A stretch of 63,145 nt of DNA, counting the filler, from Folioceros fuciformis (Eukaryota), in NCBI GenBank assembly GCA_049999805.1. It is 3 parts of 2 records of this genome, joined end to end, with 100 filler letters (N's around TTAATTAATTAA, not from the genome) between each part and the next. Parts side by side here need not be neighbours in the genome. Positions count along the whole stretch, not along the records: positions 31,299 to 61,222 come from JBNGIO010006165.1; positions 61,323 to 63,145 come from JBNGIO010006201.1; 1 more part is not named here. One strand, 5' to 3'. A program made the position numbers and the translations under genes. This document shows, in pieces, positions 52,807 to 63,145 of the stretch (the first letter of the stretch is position 1; each line of letters starts with the position of its first letter). The notes under the pieces are model-generated. The model was given only the letters and a program-made list of their open reading frames with translations, ran no database searches and was not told where the DNA came from.

Positions 52807-54331
52807 CGGATTGCGCCTGCCCCCACTCCTGCTTCTGCTTCCAACTGCAGCGACTGGGGCTGCGTGTGGGCGGGAATTGGAAGCGGGAGGAATTGGAAGC
52901 CCAAACCAGAGCAGAGCAGCTGGGGCGGGCAGGGCACGGAGCGGAGCGGATTGCCGGGGAATCGGGGACGCGGGAAAGCAGCAGGACGAGGAGGAACAAC
53001 AAAAGGCCAGGAGAGGGCAATGTGGCAGACAGGCAGAGGAGATAAAAGGGGGGAGGCGGAGCGGCGAGCGCGGGGGCAGGCGGGGCAGGAAAGGACTGCG
53101 GAATGGGAAGTGGGCGATGCAATGCGCCTTGCTGGAGGCTGATCGGAGTACAGCTAACGGGAAGACACCGGGCGGGCTCAGCTCAGCTCAGCTCCAACCG
53201 CAGCAGACGCTATAACACAGCAGCACAGAGCACACAGCGGGAAGTGCGCAGGTGAGGTTTTACAAGCGACATACTACATGACACAGGGACTGGGAGTCGG
53301 ACTGGGGACTGGGGACTGGAACTGCAACGGGCCGGGCCGCGCCCGCGCCCGCGCCCAGCCCAGCCTATCCGGCATCCTGCAAAAGCAATACCATGGTTTT
53401 TTCGCTGGCCGACCAGTGCCTAGGCCACTGAATCGCCCAAACGGCCCTTGTACCTTCTGTTCGATCTAGCGCGGCCCGTAAACCCACCAACTGTTCCTTC
53501 CCCTCCCGATAAGCCCTCTTGTGTATGCTCTGACTCCAGCTGACATCCATAAAATGCTCCTCCTCAATTCTAGAGATCCGACACTGGCAGCACCAGCGAG
53601 CCTGCAACAGCATAATAATAGTATCAAGAACTGGCTTGCTTGGGGAAACGGTAGCTAGTTCTCCAGCCACTAAGAATTTTGGTTGTGATTATTTTGGCCC
53701 TCAACACAGGGTGCATCATGATTCATCTACATAGGAGCAAAGCAAATATTATTATTGCCTCGGGCAGGTAGAAGGAGATAGGTTATCAAAAAGCCAGCAA
53801 GTAAGAGTTATGAAAAGCAGTATCCATAGAAATGTTTTCAAATAGAGCCAACCACAAGCCATAGGAAGTATGAGCCCCAAGGAGCTAGTTGAAGAGATGA
53901 ATATAATATATGGAGTGTGTGCGAACCCCCTTCCCTCAAGTGATTTTATCAAAAAGCTATGAAACCCATAGTCCTTCTAAGCCCACCTATCCCTAGAGCG
54001 GAGAGTGCATGAAACCAAACAATATGTGAATAGAGTGGTCTCACATAGAACCTGGAGATGGAAAGCAAGACTCTAGAATTCAGATGTTCTTAGTCCTTCA
54101 ACTCATATACATGTAACTGTACACAATATGTTTTGGGTGATGATAAACAAGGCTTTGTAACAAGTTGGATACAAAATGGCAAAGCAATAGTACATTTGCG
54201 CTACAAAACAAAACACTTGTACACTTGTGTACGAATAGTGCGCACTGTACAATTATGCATGTATGTGCACGTGGAACTTGAAACGCTAGGTACTATACAT
54301 GAATTAAAGCTTGAGCTTGCATGCCAGGGGC

Positions 54332-54518
54332 AAATCTCTCGTGCACAAAAGTGTAGCAAATCTCTCGTGCACAAAAGTGTACGCTTGACTTAGCACATTC
54401 CTTGGAATTTGAATCTCTCGTGCACAAGAGTGTACGCTTGACTTAGCTCATTCCTTGAGATTTGAATCTCTCGTGCACAAGAGTGTACACTTGACTTCGC
54501 TTATTCCTTGGAATTTGA
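54332..54518. repeat. Tandem repeat, 53-bp unit x3 plus a partial unit
   Basis: aatctctcgtgcacaa(a/g)agtgtac.cttgactt.gc..attcctt.. at 54359, 54412 and 54465, with a partial copy at 54332. Confidence 0.88.
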
Positions 54519-54676
54519 TTGGTTGTTAACAAATGTCAGAGAGTTTGTGCACACGTGATCCTACAGCACAGAGTATGATACATATGTACTTATGCTATTG
54601 AATTACAGAGAGGAGGGAATGCACGTGTGATATCACGCATATATGGAAGGACGTGCAGAGGTACATACGGGATCAA

Positions 54677-54760
54677 ATCATGAACCCTTTACCCAAACCA
54701 TTCACATTGGACGTGGTGATCATGAACCCTTTACCCAAACCATTCACATTGGACATGGTG
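54677..54760. repeat. Tandem repeat, 42-bp unit x2
   Basis: atcatgaaccctttacccaaaccattcacattggac(g/a)tggtg occurs twice. Confidence 0.85.
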
Positions 54761-56741
54761 GAAACTCTTTGACTTGTAATATCCAACTATTATGTGTTTG
54801 TGCGAATACCTAAATTACTACTATGTTTCTAGGAGATCCATGCTTAACTAGTAGAAGTATACCTAACTAATATAATTAAGTTCAAAGTCCGTTTGAATAG
54901 CGTAGCATTTCTCGAGGAGCAAAGTCATGTATATGTAATGTGCGTATAATGCGTGGCAATTTGCAGAAGTGGGGGAAATCGGGTAGGCCAGGGTCCCCGC
55001 CTAGCCGTTGGGTCAGCATGCTGCGCGAATGCTCAACTACGATAGAGACCTAGAGTTAAGAAACTGAAGCGTTTCGTACGCAGGCAGGGGGAGGGCGGGG
55101 TCCGCACGTCCAACGGTCACTCGCCAGTTGGGCAGTCGCAGCAGAATCTTCGCCATTTCTTTATGGGCAAGCCTCCAGTGCTCATCAATGCGCTCTTCTC
55201 TAAATTGATCGTTCACACTCCTTAACCTCCGTTCCGTTCCGACACACACTCCTTGTCAGACGAACCGTTGAGACCGCCCACCTCCGCGGTTGACCACTCC
55301 CAGCCTCCCCCTCTGATCCGAGACCTCTTCCGATCCCAACCCCGAGACCAAGACGGAGACCTAGACCAAGACCAAGACCGAGACAGAATGCGCCTCCCTC
55401 TCACAGCAGCCCCGCACTCCATGCATCTGGACACTTCTCCGCTAAACCTAGTATGCAGCTGCTTGAGGAGACCGAGTGAGAATTCCGCCTTAGACTGTCG
55501 GTGGTCCTCCGCCTTTCTCCAACATGAACTGCGCTTACCCTGATACGTTAGGAGTCGGACAAAGGCCATCCCAAGACGAGGGTGGCATCCGCGGGCGCCT
55601 CCTGGTGTGCGCCCTACAATGAGATAGAAAGTTGCTTGTCCCCAAAGCTTGGTAGCCCTGCCCTCTGCCCTTTGCCGGTCAGTGGTAAAAGTACGATGAT
55701 GGGGACCGAGGGTGCTTGTTTAATCATCCGAATCCTTACAGCCTGCTCCAGTTGTCTCGCCTAACCCCATGGGCCGCCTCTGACACCAGCGCGCAGGGCG
55801 GACGGCTGGCTCAGTCCTCAGGGAAGGAATATTTGTTCTCGGAGTGGCCCTGTCCTGCCCTGCCCTCGCAGACAGCACACCACACAGCTACCAGCACTGC
55901 TCTGGCGCCTGCCTGCCTTTAGCCCTCCTGCTCTTGCCCTGCCCTGCCCTGGACGCCCCATGAACCCGGCCGGGCCCGTCAAGCCGGGCCCGGCAAGGAG
56001 CCGGAGAGTTGTGGCGTCCTCGGCCAACGGCATCCTGCACTCATCCCACAACAGGCTGCACGGCGCATTAAACGCAAAATGATAAAATTTGGGTGTCAGA
56101 CCCAAAATCCATCACGGGGGATATGGAGTACACTAGGAGTCGGAAGCCAGCACTGATAGCGCCGTCGGCTCTGCCTCCTGCCAGCCAGGGCCTCGAGCAG
56201 CACCTCCCTTCTCATCAGGTCTCACAGGGACTCAACACTCTAATCTCCAGCCCCCACCGTCCACCCCCGACCCACTTCCATCGCCGCTTGCTGTGCTGCC
56301 TCATCACGCTGGGATGCCAAGCTTGCCAACTTGGCAATCGAGAAGTCTCCAGTCTGGACACGGAAATCAGTGCCTCCTTTGCCGTCTCGTTTACCAAGTT
56401 ACCACACAACCCGATGAAGAAGCCATGATGAAGACTAGGCCATAATGCTGTAAAACAACCTTTCTCTCCACATTTTCACTCAACGGCTTTCAATTCAATC
56501 CGACACCCATGTCAGTAGCTCTTGGCAGCCGAACCACAGTTCTACCACCAACTTCACCAACAGCAGACCAACTCCATCTCGCAGAGGCAGGCCCCCAAGT
56601 ACTTGGAGCTGGCGTTGCAGTAACAAAATAGATAAACTTTGGGACAGCAGCGCGAACAAGTGGATGCAAGTGGCCACGGTATTGGACCCCATGACTTCCA
56701 ATTATCTAGGGTTACTGTACAACCCTCCAAACCTGATACAT

Positions 56742-58341
56742 CTAGGGCCCAAAACTTGCGTGCCATTGCTTGGGGAGATACTCTCCAAATATCGACTTCA
56801 GTAACTCTTTGTCCTTCTCTCCTGGTGGCTGTGCACTGTACCCCCTAACCACGGCCAGACGTGAAGCCCGACGACCAATCTCGGCACAGCGTTTCCTTTT
56901 CCTGGCAAGGATAGACGATGGTGTTTCTTCCTTCGTCTCCGCAGAGCCTGCGCCCGGGTTAGCCTCATCCGACCCATTGCCAACGGTAGAACCACCACCA
57001 TCCGTGCTCTGCTCGCTGCCGCTAGCGGCACGGGTTTCAGTCTCCCCAACGTTGCTCGACACAACATCAGCTTCCTTGCTGCCCCACCAACGATATGACG
57101 TGCGGCTTAATCCAGAGGATGGAAATCCATTCCTAAACTCATCTAAGAAACTTGGAAACGAAACCTTGGGCTTGTGGGCAAGCGAAGTGGCAGTTGAAGC
57201 CATGGCCACGTGATCTCGGTGAGCTGGGATCGGGTTTACTGGCAATTGGGAGGCAGAGCTTACGCCAGTCCACGACCCGAATTGACGATCTGGTATTGCT
57301 TGAGCCCTGAAACGAAAGCGGGTAAATGGAAGTTATGAGAAAAAGAACTAGAATTCTATTCAAGTCCACTGAGGACGGATTTCCACCATGGACTGAGAAG
57401 CTCTCAGATGCTAGTTCCCAACCGGCTGCAATATAAAGCTACAGCTCTGATTTCCATGCAGTCAAACTTTGAACACCACAACAGGCTGAACACAATCCAC
57501 AGCAAAACGGCAAGCACCAAATCCACAACAAAATCGCAAAGCTGGAGAACATCCGAAGGGCAACGTACATAGTTGGAGCAGAGGCCAACATATAGTGAGG
57601 ATCCGACAATTGTCCTGACTGTTTCTCGGCAGCAAGCTTGGCCTTAATATCCTCTGCTGCTTCCCGCCTGATGTCCTCAATCGACTTTCCAGCCATTATC
57701 TGCATACGTTCAACAACTGAGTAATTCAAGAACGAAGCTATTCCCTACCAAAATTCAGACAACACCCTCAACAGATCTCGCCTCCTTCGTTTTGAAAAAA
57801 CAAAGAAATATATATGACCAGGCAGTGGCGTCAGAAACCCTAAATTTCGTCTGGTGGTGGAACGCAGACAACTCACTTTACGGTATGGCCATCTTGGTAT
57901 GCCATTGTCCCTGCAAATTCTCTTCAAGGTACTGCTGCAGACACCTGCGACGACCGGCAGAGAGACATAAGTGTGCCACAAACAAGAAGTTCTTGACCAA
58001 ACAAAGAATCGAAAGAACCCGCAATACAACTACCACCGACACCACCAACAGAGACGTCAGGTAAGAAGCAAGCAGGAGATTCTGAATCACACCCAAGATC
58101 TACGGGCAAGTAAGGTCTCCGAAAAGCGGACAGAGGAGATGAAAAAACCTCTCTAGAGAAGGGAGCTGTAAGTCATAAATAGGTTAACACAGGGAAAGAA
58201 ACACCAACCAAGCTGGTAAGATGCCTCTGCAATAGGAAGTTTGAAGAACTTGGCCATATCGTCGAAGCTTATCTGCGTGGCTCCATTCCCTGAAGTGGAA
58301 ACACTAGATACGGCCTGTGGAGGCATCGTCGCCCGTAGCAT
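56742..58341 (-). CDS. RWP-RK transcription factor, neither NLP nor typical RKD, multi-exon
   Basis: ISFDDMAKFFKLPIAEASYQL|GVCSSTLKRICRDNGIPRWPYRK|IMAGKSIEDIRR; C-terminal LDEFRNGFPSSGLSRTSYRWWG; no PB1 or GAF-like region. Confidence 0.88.
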
Positions 58342-59549
58342 TTCTTCTAGTCAGTCCAGTTTACCCGAATCGATATGCGACGCGCTGGGACGAGATGCGC
58401 GACTGCCTTGCTTACTATGCACAATCTCACCGCCTGCACGCCCTCCTGTTAATCAAACGCGCCAATTTCATAGCGCCACCTTCCACTGCCAGTTCCCCTC
58501 ACCGGCGTTACACACCCGGATCCCGGTCTACCCTAACGTGTACCGTCCTCTGTTTTAGTTTCCAGTTTCTCTCTCCAGTTTCTCCCTCGGTGCGGAATTC
58601 ACATTATGTACATATTTCATGTCAGGAGATAAAGAAGAAGAAGCTAATACTCTATTGAAAAGAGAGAAAATCTCATCCACCCTCCATATAGAGACCCGAA
58701 AGGTGAAGGGGGTTAACTAGCCCCACAAATACCGTCCCCTAAGTATCTACACCTTTTTAGTTGTCATGTTTGGAGATACATGTAGTGAAGGGTCTACCAT
58801 GTTAGATATGGCATACCAAAGGGGACATGCCCCCTCTCTCTAGGATTTTTTACAAACACACCCATTATGCGTCCCCTTTGGCGCGTACGCGACTTTGAAG
58901 GTCAAAACCAAACCGGACATTTGACACATGCATGTGAAAAAACGTGTGTGGAGGCCACTTGAAACACGTTTCCTGGGGTCGACAAAAAAAAGCTGCCACC
59001 AAACTAGCCAAATCTCTTGCCGTCCATCTCTAGAGGCCTTTCCTACTCAGGGTTTAGGGTTTCGCCTCCCTTCCACCTTCCGACGCACATGCCTTCCCCC
59101 ATCCGTCAGGCATCTGCGGCTCATCTGCAAGTTCGTGCGCTCAGCCCCCCCTCCCCCCTTCCTGCCATCTAGCCCCATGCCATACCAACGCCCCCACCCT
59201 CCATTACTGACAGCCTCACGAAAAACGGGTCACACAGATATACGCTAAACAATGTTGTCCAGGCCTTATTGTTTGTGTGTTTCTTGCTGGCTCTCGGCTG
59301 CTAAGCTTTGCTTTGATGGTGCGTACAGAAAGCCCCTACGGCCTCCTGGTGCAAGCCACCAATGGACTTCGCACCTGCAACACATTTGCTTATGTCGACT
59401 AGAGTTCCTGTGGTGGGTTTTCGCAACACACGTTAGAGGTCGCGGCGGTTGTTGTCGCAACTCACAGTAGTGGCTTACGGGTTTCTCACTGCAACTTGTT
59501 CATGTCCAAGTGTATGTAGGCTTGGTAAGGTCAACACGATAAGAAATGT

Positions 59550-60196
59550 GTCTTGGGTTGGGCTCGGGACATTCTGGGCCCTCAGCTTTTGGAAATAGGC
59601 ATCAGTCCTTAGGTTAGAAACCAAATCTGGGCTGCGCTTCTAGCTACAGGGCATTATCTGTTTGCGCCGGTATTTGTGTGTGTGCTTCAAAGCGTTCAAC
59701 TGAATGCTACTTGCCCGCAGGTGACAAGTGCAACGGCAACGTTCATCATGATGTTCTCGTCATCCATGTCGGTCATTGAGTACTACCTCTTGGGCCGCAT
59801 CCCCATCACCTATGGTGAGTGGTCTCTTATCACCTGCCCTTGCATCGTGCAGTCTCTCCACAGCCTCACTCTCACCTCCAAGTTCATGCTCTCTGTACAG
59901 GATCGTACCTGGTCCTGTTGGCCATTGTATCTGCCTTCTCGTGTCAGTACTTTGTTGCAAAGCTGATTAGGATGTTGAAGAGACCTTCCATCATTGTGTT
60001 CACTTTATCTTTAGGGTTGTCATAATCGCCTTCACTATGGGTACACAGAGTAGGCATCCTGCTTGTTTTGTCTGTCCTTCCAGCTTGATCCAATTGCTAC
60101 CTCCTTTTATGCAGGGATCGTTGGAATCATCAGGAATGTGCATAGGTTTCAAGCAGGAGAATACATGGGCTTCGAGAGCCTCTACACAGCATAGTA
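59550..60196 (+). pseudogene. Sulfite exporter TauE/SafE family 3' fragment with introns, disrupted
   Basis: LGLGSG(frameshift)ILGPQLLEIGISP* (CAG->TAG); then [51 protein letters not shown]; no 5' exons recognised. Confidence 0.75.
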
Positions 60197-60369
60197 GCCA
60201 TTGAACGATGTCGGAAGCTATTCGCACGTTGTATATTTCTTCATTGTTATTGCCTACTGCAATTTTTTGGGCAGCCTGGAATAGTTTTCCTCTCACCCAT
60301 CCTCCCAGAGTGCAATGCACCTTTCTGCCCTTGAGCTCATCCCGTCAGAAGGATCTCCAGAGTAGAAAT

Positions 60370-60670
60370 CTACAACCATGAGACTGCATAATCCACTGAT
60401 TTTGAACACTTGAGGAACAAAGGTGTTGATCTAGCGACCATAGAGCTTCGTACAGACCGTAACAGATTCCCTATAAGAACCATCTTCCGTAAGGTTGTCA
60501 TGTTCCCAAGTGTTGTCGGCAAACCTGCCAAGTTATTGTTGAACAAGTCCAGAACTGAGAGACGCAAGGAGCAAGCCTCCATGGGAAACACTGTGACCTG
60601 GTTGCCATGCAAGTCAAGAGTGGCCAGCGCTTTCAGACAGCCCATCTCCGGCGGGAGAGACGACATGCGA
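60370..60670 (-). pseudogene. Leucine-rich-repeat gene fragment (LRRC40/PIRL-like)
   Basis: LSSLPPEMGCLKALATLDLHGNQ..ACSLRLSVLDLFNNNLAGLPTTLGNMTTLRKMVLIGNLLRSVRSS; isolated internal piece with no start exon. Confidence 0.7.
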
Positions 60671-61222
60671 TTCAGGCCAAGGGTTTGTTCAACAAGAGAA
60701 AAGCACGAGGGGGAATCAGGCCAATGTCTGACTGCAAAGAAGGGTTAGTCGGGGACCAGGAATTCGGTATCCGCCAGTGCATGCCAGTACGTGAAGCCGG
60801 GTGGTTGAGACAGTGCTGCGGGGGCCAGGTCGGGTGAGAAAGCAGGGGAGGATGAAGCGGACGATTCGTTGCCGCTGGTGTACCAGCACAAGAGACGAAG
60901 AGCAACTGGCGTGATTGGAAGTGCGTCTCCTCCTTTAGGCCGCCCGGAGGCTGCAACAGACACTGGATTTGCAGGTGCCACAATGCTGGGCAACCTGCTG
61001 TATTACCACCACTACTGCAAATCGGAAGCACATACAAATTTTGGGTGCAAGCTCCTGGCCCTTATCTACGTACATAGTGGTTTACACACAATCTGACACA
61101 CTTGCCACTATCCTAACAGTCTACCTCTAGCCCCCATCCCTTCACAGACCAAGTTCCACATCCGAAGTCACCTAATGCCTGCCGTGTTTGCGCAATTCCT
61201 TCCCCCTCCTTCACAAACAATT

Positions 61223-61322
61223 NNNNNNNNNNNNNNNNNNNNNNNNNNNNNNNNNNNNNNNNNNNNTTAATTAATTAANNNNNNNNNNNNNNNNNNNNNN
61301 NNNNNNNNNNNNNNNNNNNNNN
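61223..61322. other. Artificial contig-join spacer (N..TTAATTAATTAA..N)
   Basis: Same 100-nt spacer design as at 31199-31298. Confidence 0.95.
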
Positions 61323-63145
61323 ACCTACTGCACAAGAGGTGTGACCACTTTGCAGGAGGCTTTGAAGGCTGCTGAAGATTTTGAGCTTTCGGAGTTGAGC
61401 AGAGAGAAGAGGAAGCAGAACCGGAAGTATGGGCATCATAGGAGGTCAAGACATCACAGCCCATCTTCCTCTTCAAGGTCGAGGTCACCGTCTCACTCTG
61501 ATCCCGATTATGACAGCCTTGTGTCGGATCCTTACACCGATGAGGAGTCCGATAAGGCTTATGAGAAGAGGATGAGGAAGGACCTGGAGAAAGCACGCAA
61601 GAGGCGCGAAGAGGATGAGGATCGTCGAGCTGAGAAGGACAAGAGAGGTAAAGGATCCTATAGGATGGAGAGAGGCGAACCGTCCTCAAGTGGTGGAGGA
61701 CTGACCAGTCAGGTTGAGGCATTGACGAGGAGGCTGGCCGAGCTGGAGGTGAAGGCTGTACGCAACCAAGCACCAAGGAGGTCACCTTCACCGGGTCGGC
61801 AGCTGGTGTACTGTTCTATTTGTCACCAATCAGGACACACCCACCAAGAGTGCACTAGGGCTCCCCGCCACGCCGTCAACCAAGTGGACACCTACCTACC
61901 AGGAGACTATTGGTACGTGGATGACTCCTATCAGGTACAGGCTGTGACTGCTCCTCGACCACCACAGTCCATTCGGCCATCTTTCCAACCACCAGGACCT
62001 CCTGGAATGAGGTATGGTCCTCGTCCAGTATCTCTAGGCCATTGGAGGCCAGATCCGTCCCAACGTCCACAAGTGGTGGCAGCAGGGTGTTGTTTTAATT
62101 GTGGCTTGCCGGGACACTATGCTAACGAGTGCACAGAGCCACGTAGGCAACTTGGATTTGTGCCGTTTTGTCAGGTGTGTAAGGATCCAGGGCACAGGGC
62201 TGGGGATCCAAGGTGTTCGGGCATCCCTAGGCCTGCGCTGCCTAGATCTGGAGTGAGGATCACGGAGGCACCGCAAGAGGGACTTCCTTCTGCGGTGGAG
62301 ACAACAACTCCAGTGACAAGCGCACCTGTGTTGTCGGTGGAGGCTGAGGAGGAGCCTTTGATTGACTCTCACGCATTTTCTGGCATTGTGGAGGAGGGAT
62401 ATTCAGGCGAAGCTAGCGATGGTGAAGACGTCATGGTGGCAAGGGTCACCACTCGTTCTGAACGTCGTTATCGGGAGAAGACGAAGAAGGAAGAGAAGAG
62501 AAGGAGGAGAGAACGTGACAACACTCCTAAACCATCGGAGGCAAGGGAGGAACCACTCGTCCAGCAAGGGAAGAATGATGTGTCGACGGGACAAGAGGTT
62601 GATCCACCTCATCGAGAGGAAGGTGAACTAGATGAAGGAGAGGTTGAAGAATCAGCATTCCCACCCGACATCAGCAAGGAGGTTGCTGCAATGCTGGAGG
62701 AAGAGCTTACTAGGCTGATGCACCGGTCTAAGAAGGTCACGTTTGCAGACCCTCTTGTGACAGGGGTGGTGGAGAGTGCAAGTCCCTTGGAGAAGGAACA
62801 CGAAGGAGAGAAGGTTGATCGAAGCGAGGAGGATGGAGGGATCAATCCTCCTAAGACAACAACAGCAAGGGAGGCTTTGGCCATGAAGGTTGCTGGATTT
62901 GCTGACGCCTTGCTTGACCAGGAGTTTGTGGTGAGCTTGAGACAGCTCTTGTCTGTTAGTCCCAAGGCCAGGAAGATCGTCAAGGAAGCCATCCGAGGGA
63001 TACCGGAGCCACTCGAAGGGAAGACAGTCCCGACGTGGATGAGTTCAGTGGAGTTGGCTGATTGTGGAGCTCCTGAAATAGAGGTGGAGATTGCAGGTTG
63101 TCTGGTACCGGATGTACCGTTGGATACGGGGTCTGGTGTGAATCT
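61323..63145 (+). mobile_element. Ty3/gypsy LTR retrotransposon gag-protease region, open frame running off both ends
   Basis: One uninterrupted frame: TLQEALKAAEDFE; zinc knuckles CSICHQSGHTHQEC, CFNCGLPGHYANEC, CQVCKDPGHRAGDPRC; VTTRS; aspartic protease site VPLDTGSGVN at 63114-63143. Confidence 0.88.

Noticed and set aside
55037-56430. Short ORFs and a shared taggagtcgga motif (~55549 and ~56134) between the GH17 and RWP-RK genes
   Set aside because: No recognisable family or consistent exon chain; may be decayed sequence, but no call can be supported.

Overview
Eukaryotic, intron-rich and gene-dense land-plant nuclear DNA with mostly ~80-130 nt GT-AG introns. The compact genes and a WW-type PPR editing factor suggest a hornwort such as Anthoceros; this is an inference. 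The window is an artificial concatenation of three contigs joined by N-TTAATTAATTAA-N spacers (~31.2 kb and ~61.2 kb). Contig 1: PHO1, TOP6B, CBSX3-like, SMC2, a Pro-rich/root-cap-domain wall protein, APY7-like apyrase, cytosolic SerRS, an EPFL peptide, a LINE relic and a gap-truncated TTM3. Contig 2: a PLS-E PPR gene, a GH51 arabinofuranosidase, an SGS3-like XS protein, ARID-HMG, GET4, a GH17-X8 glucanase-like gene, an RWP-RK factor and two pseudogene fragments. Contig 3: an open Ty3/gypsy gag-protease frame. Best leads: (1) an SGS3-type zf-XS/XS/coiled-coil protein fused to a C-terminal RING finger, a possible silencing-coupled E3 ligase; (2) a GH17-X8-GPI protein that has lost its catalytic nucleophile; (3) a WW-type PPR that appears to have lost its DYW domain; (4) a 41-nt poly(A) tract controlling the frame of an overlapping upstream ORF at the apyrase start; (5) a TTM3 copy with no visible CDC26 uORF. 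All calls come from motif recognition by eye; no database searches were run.
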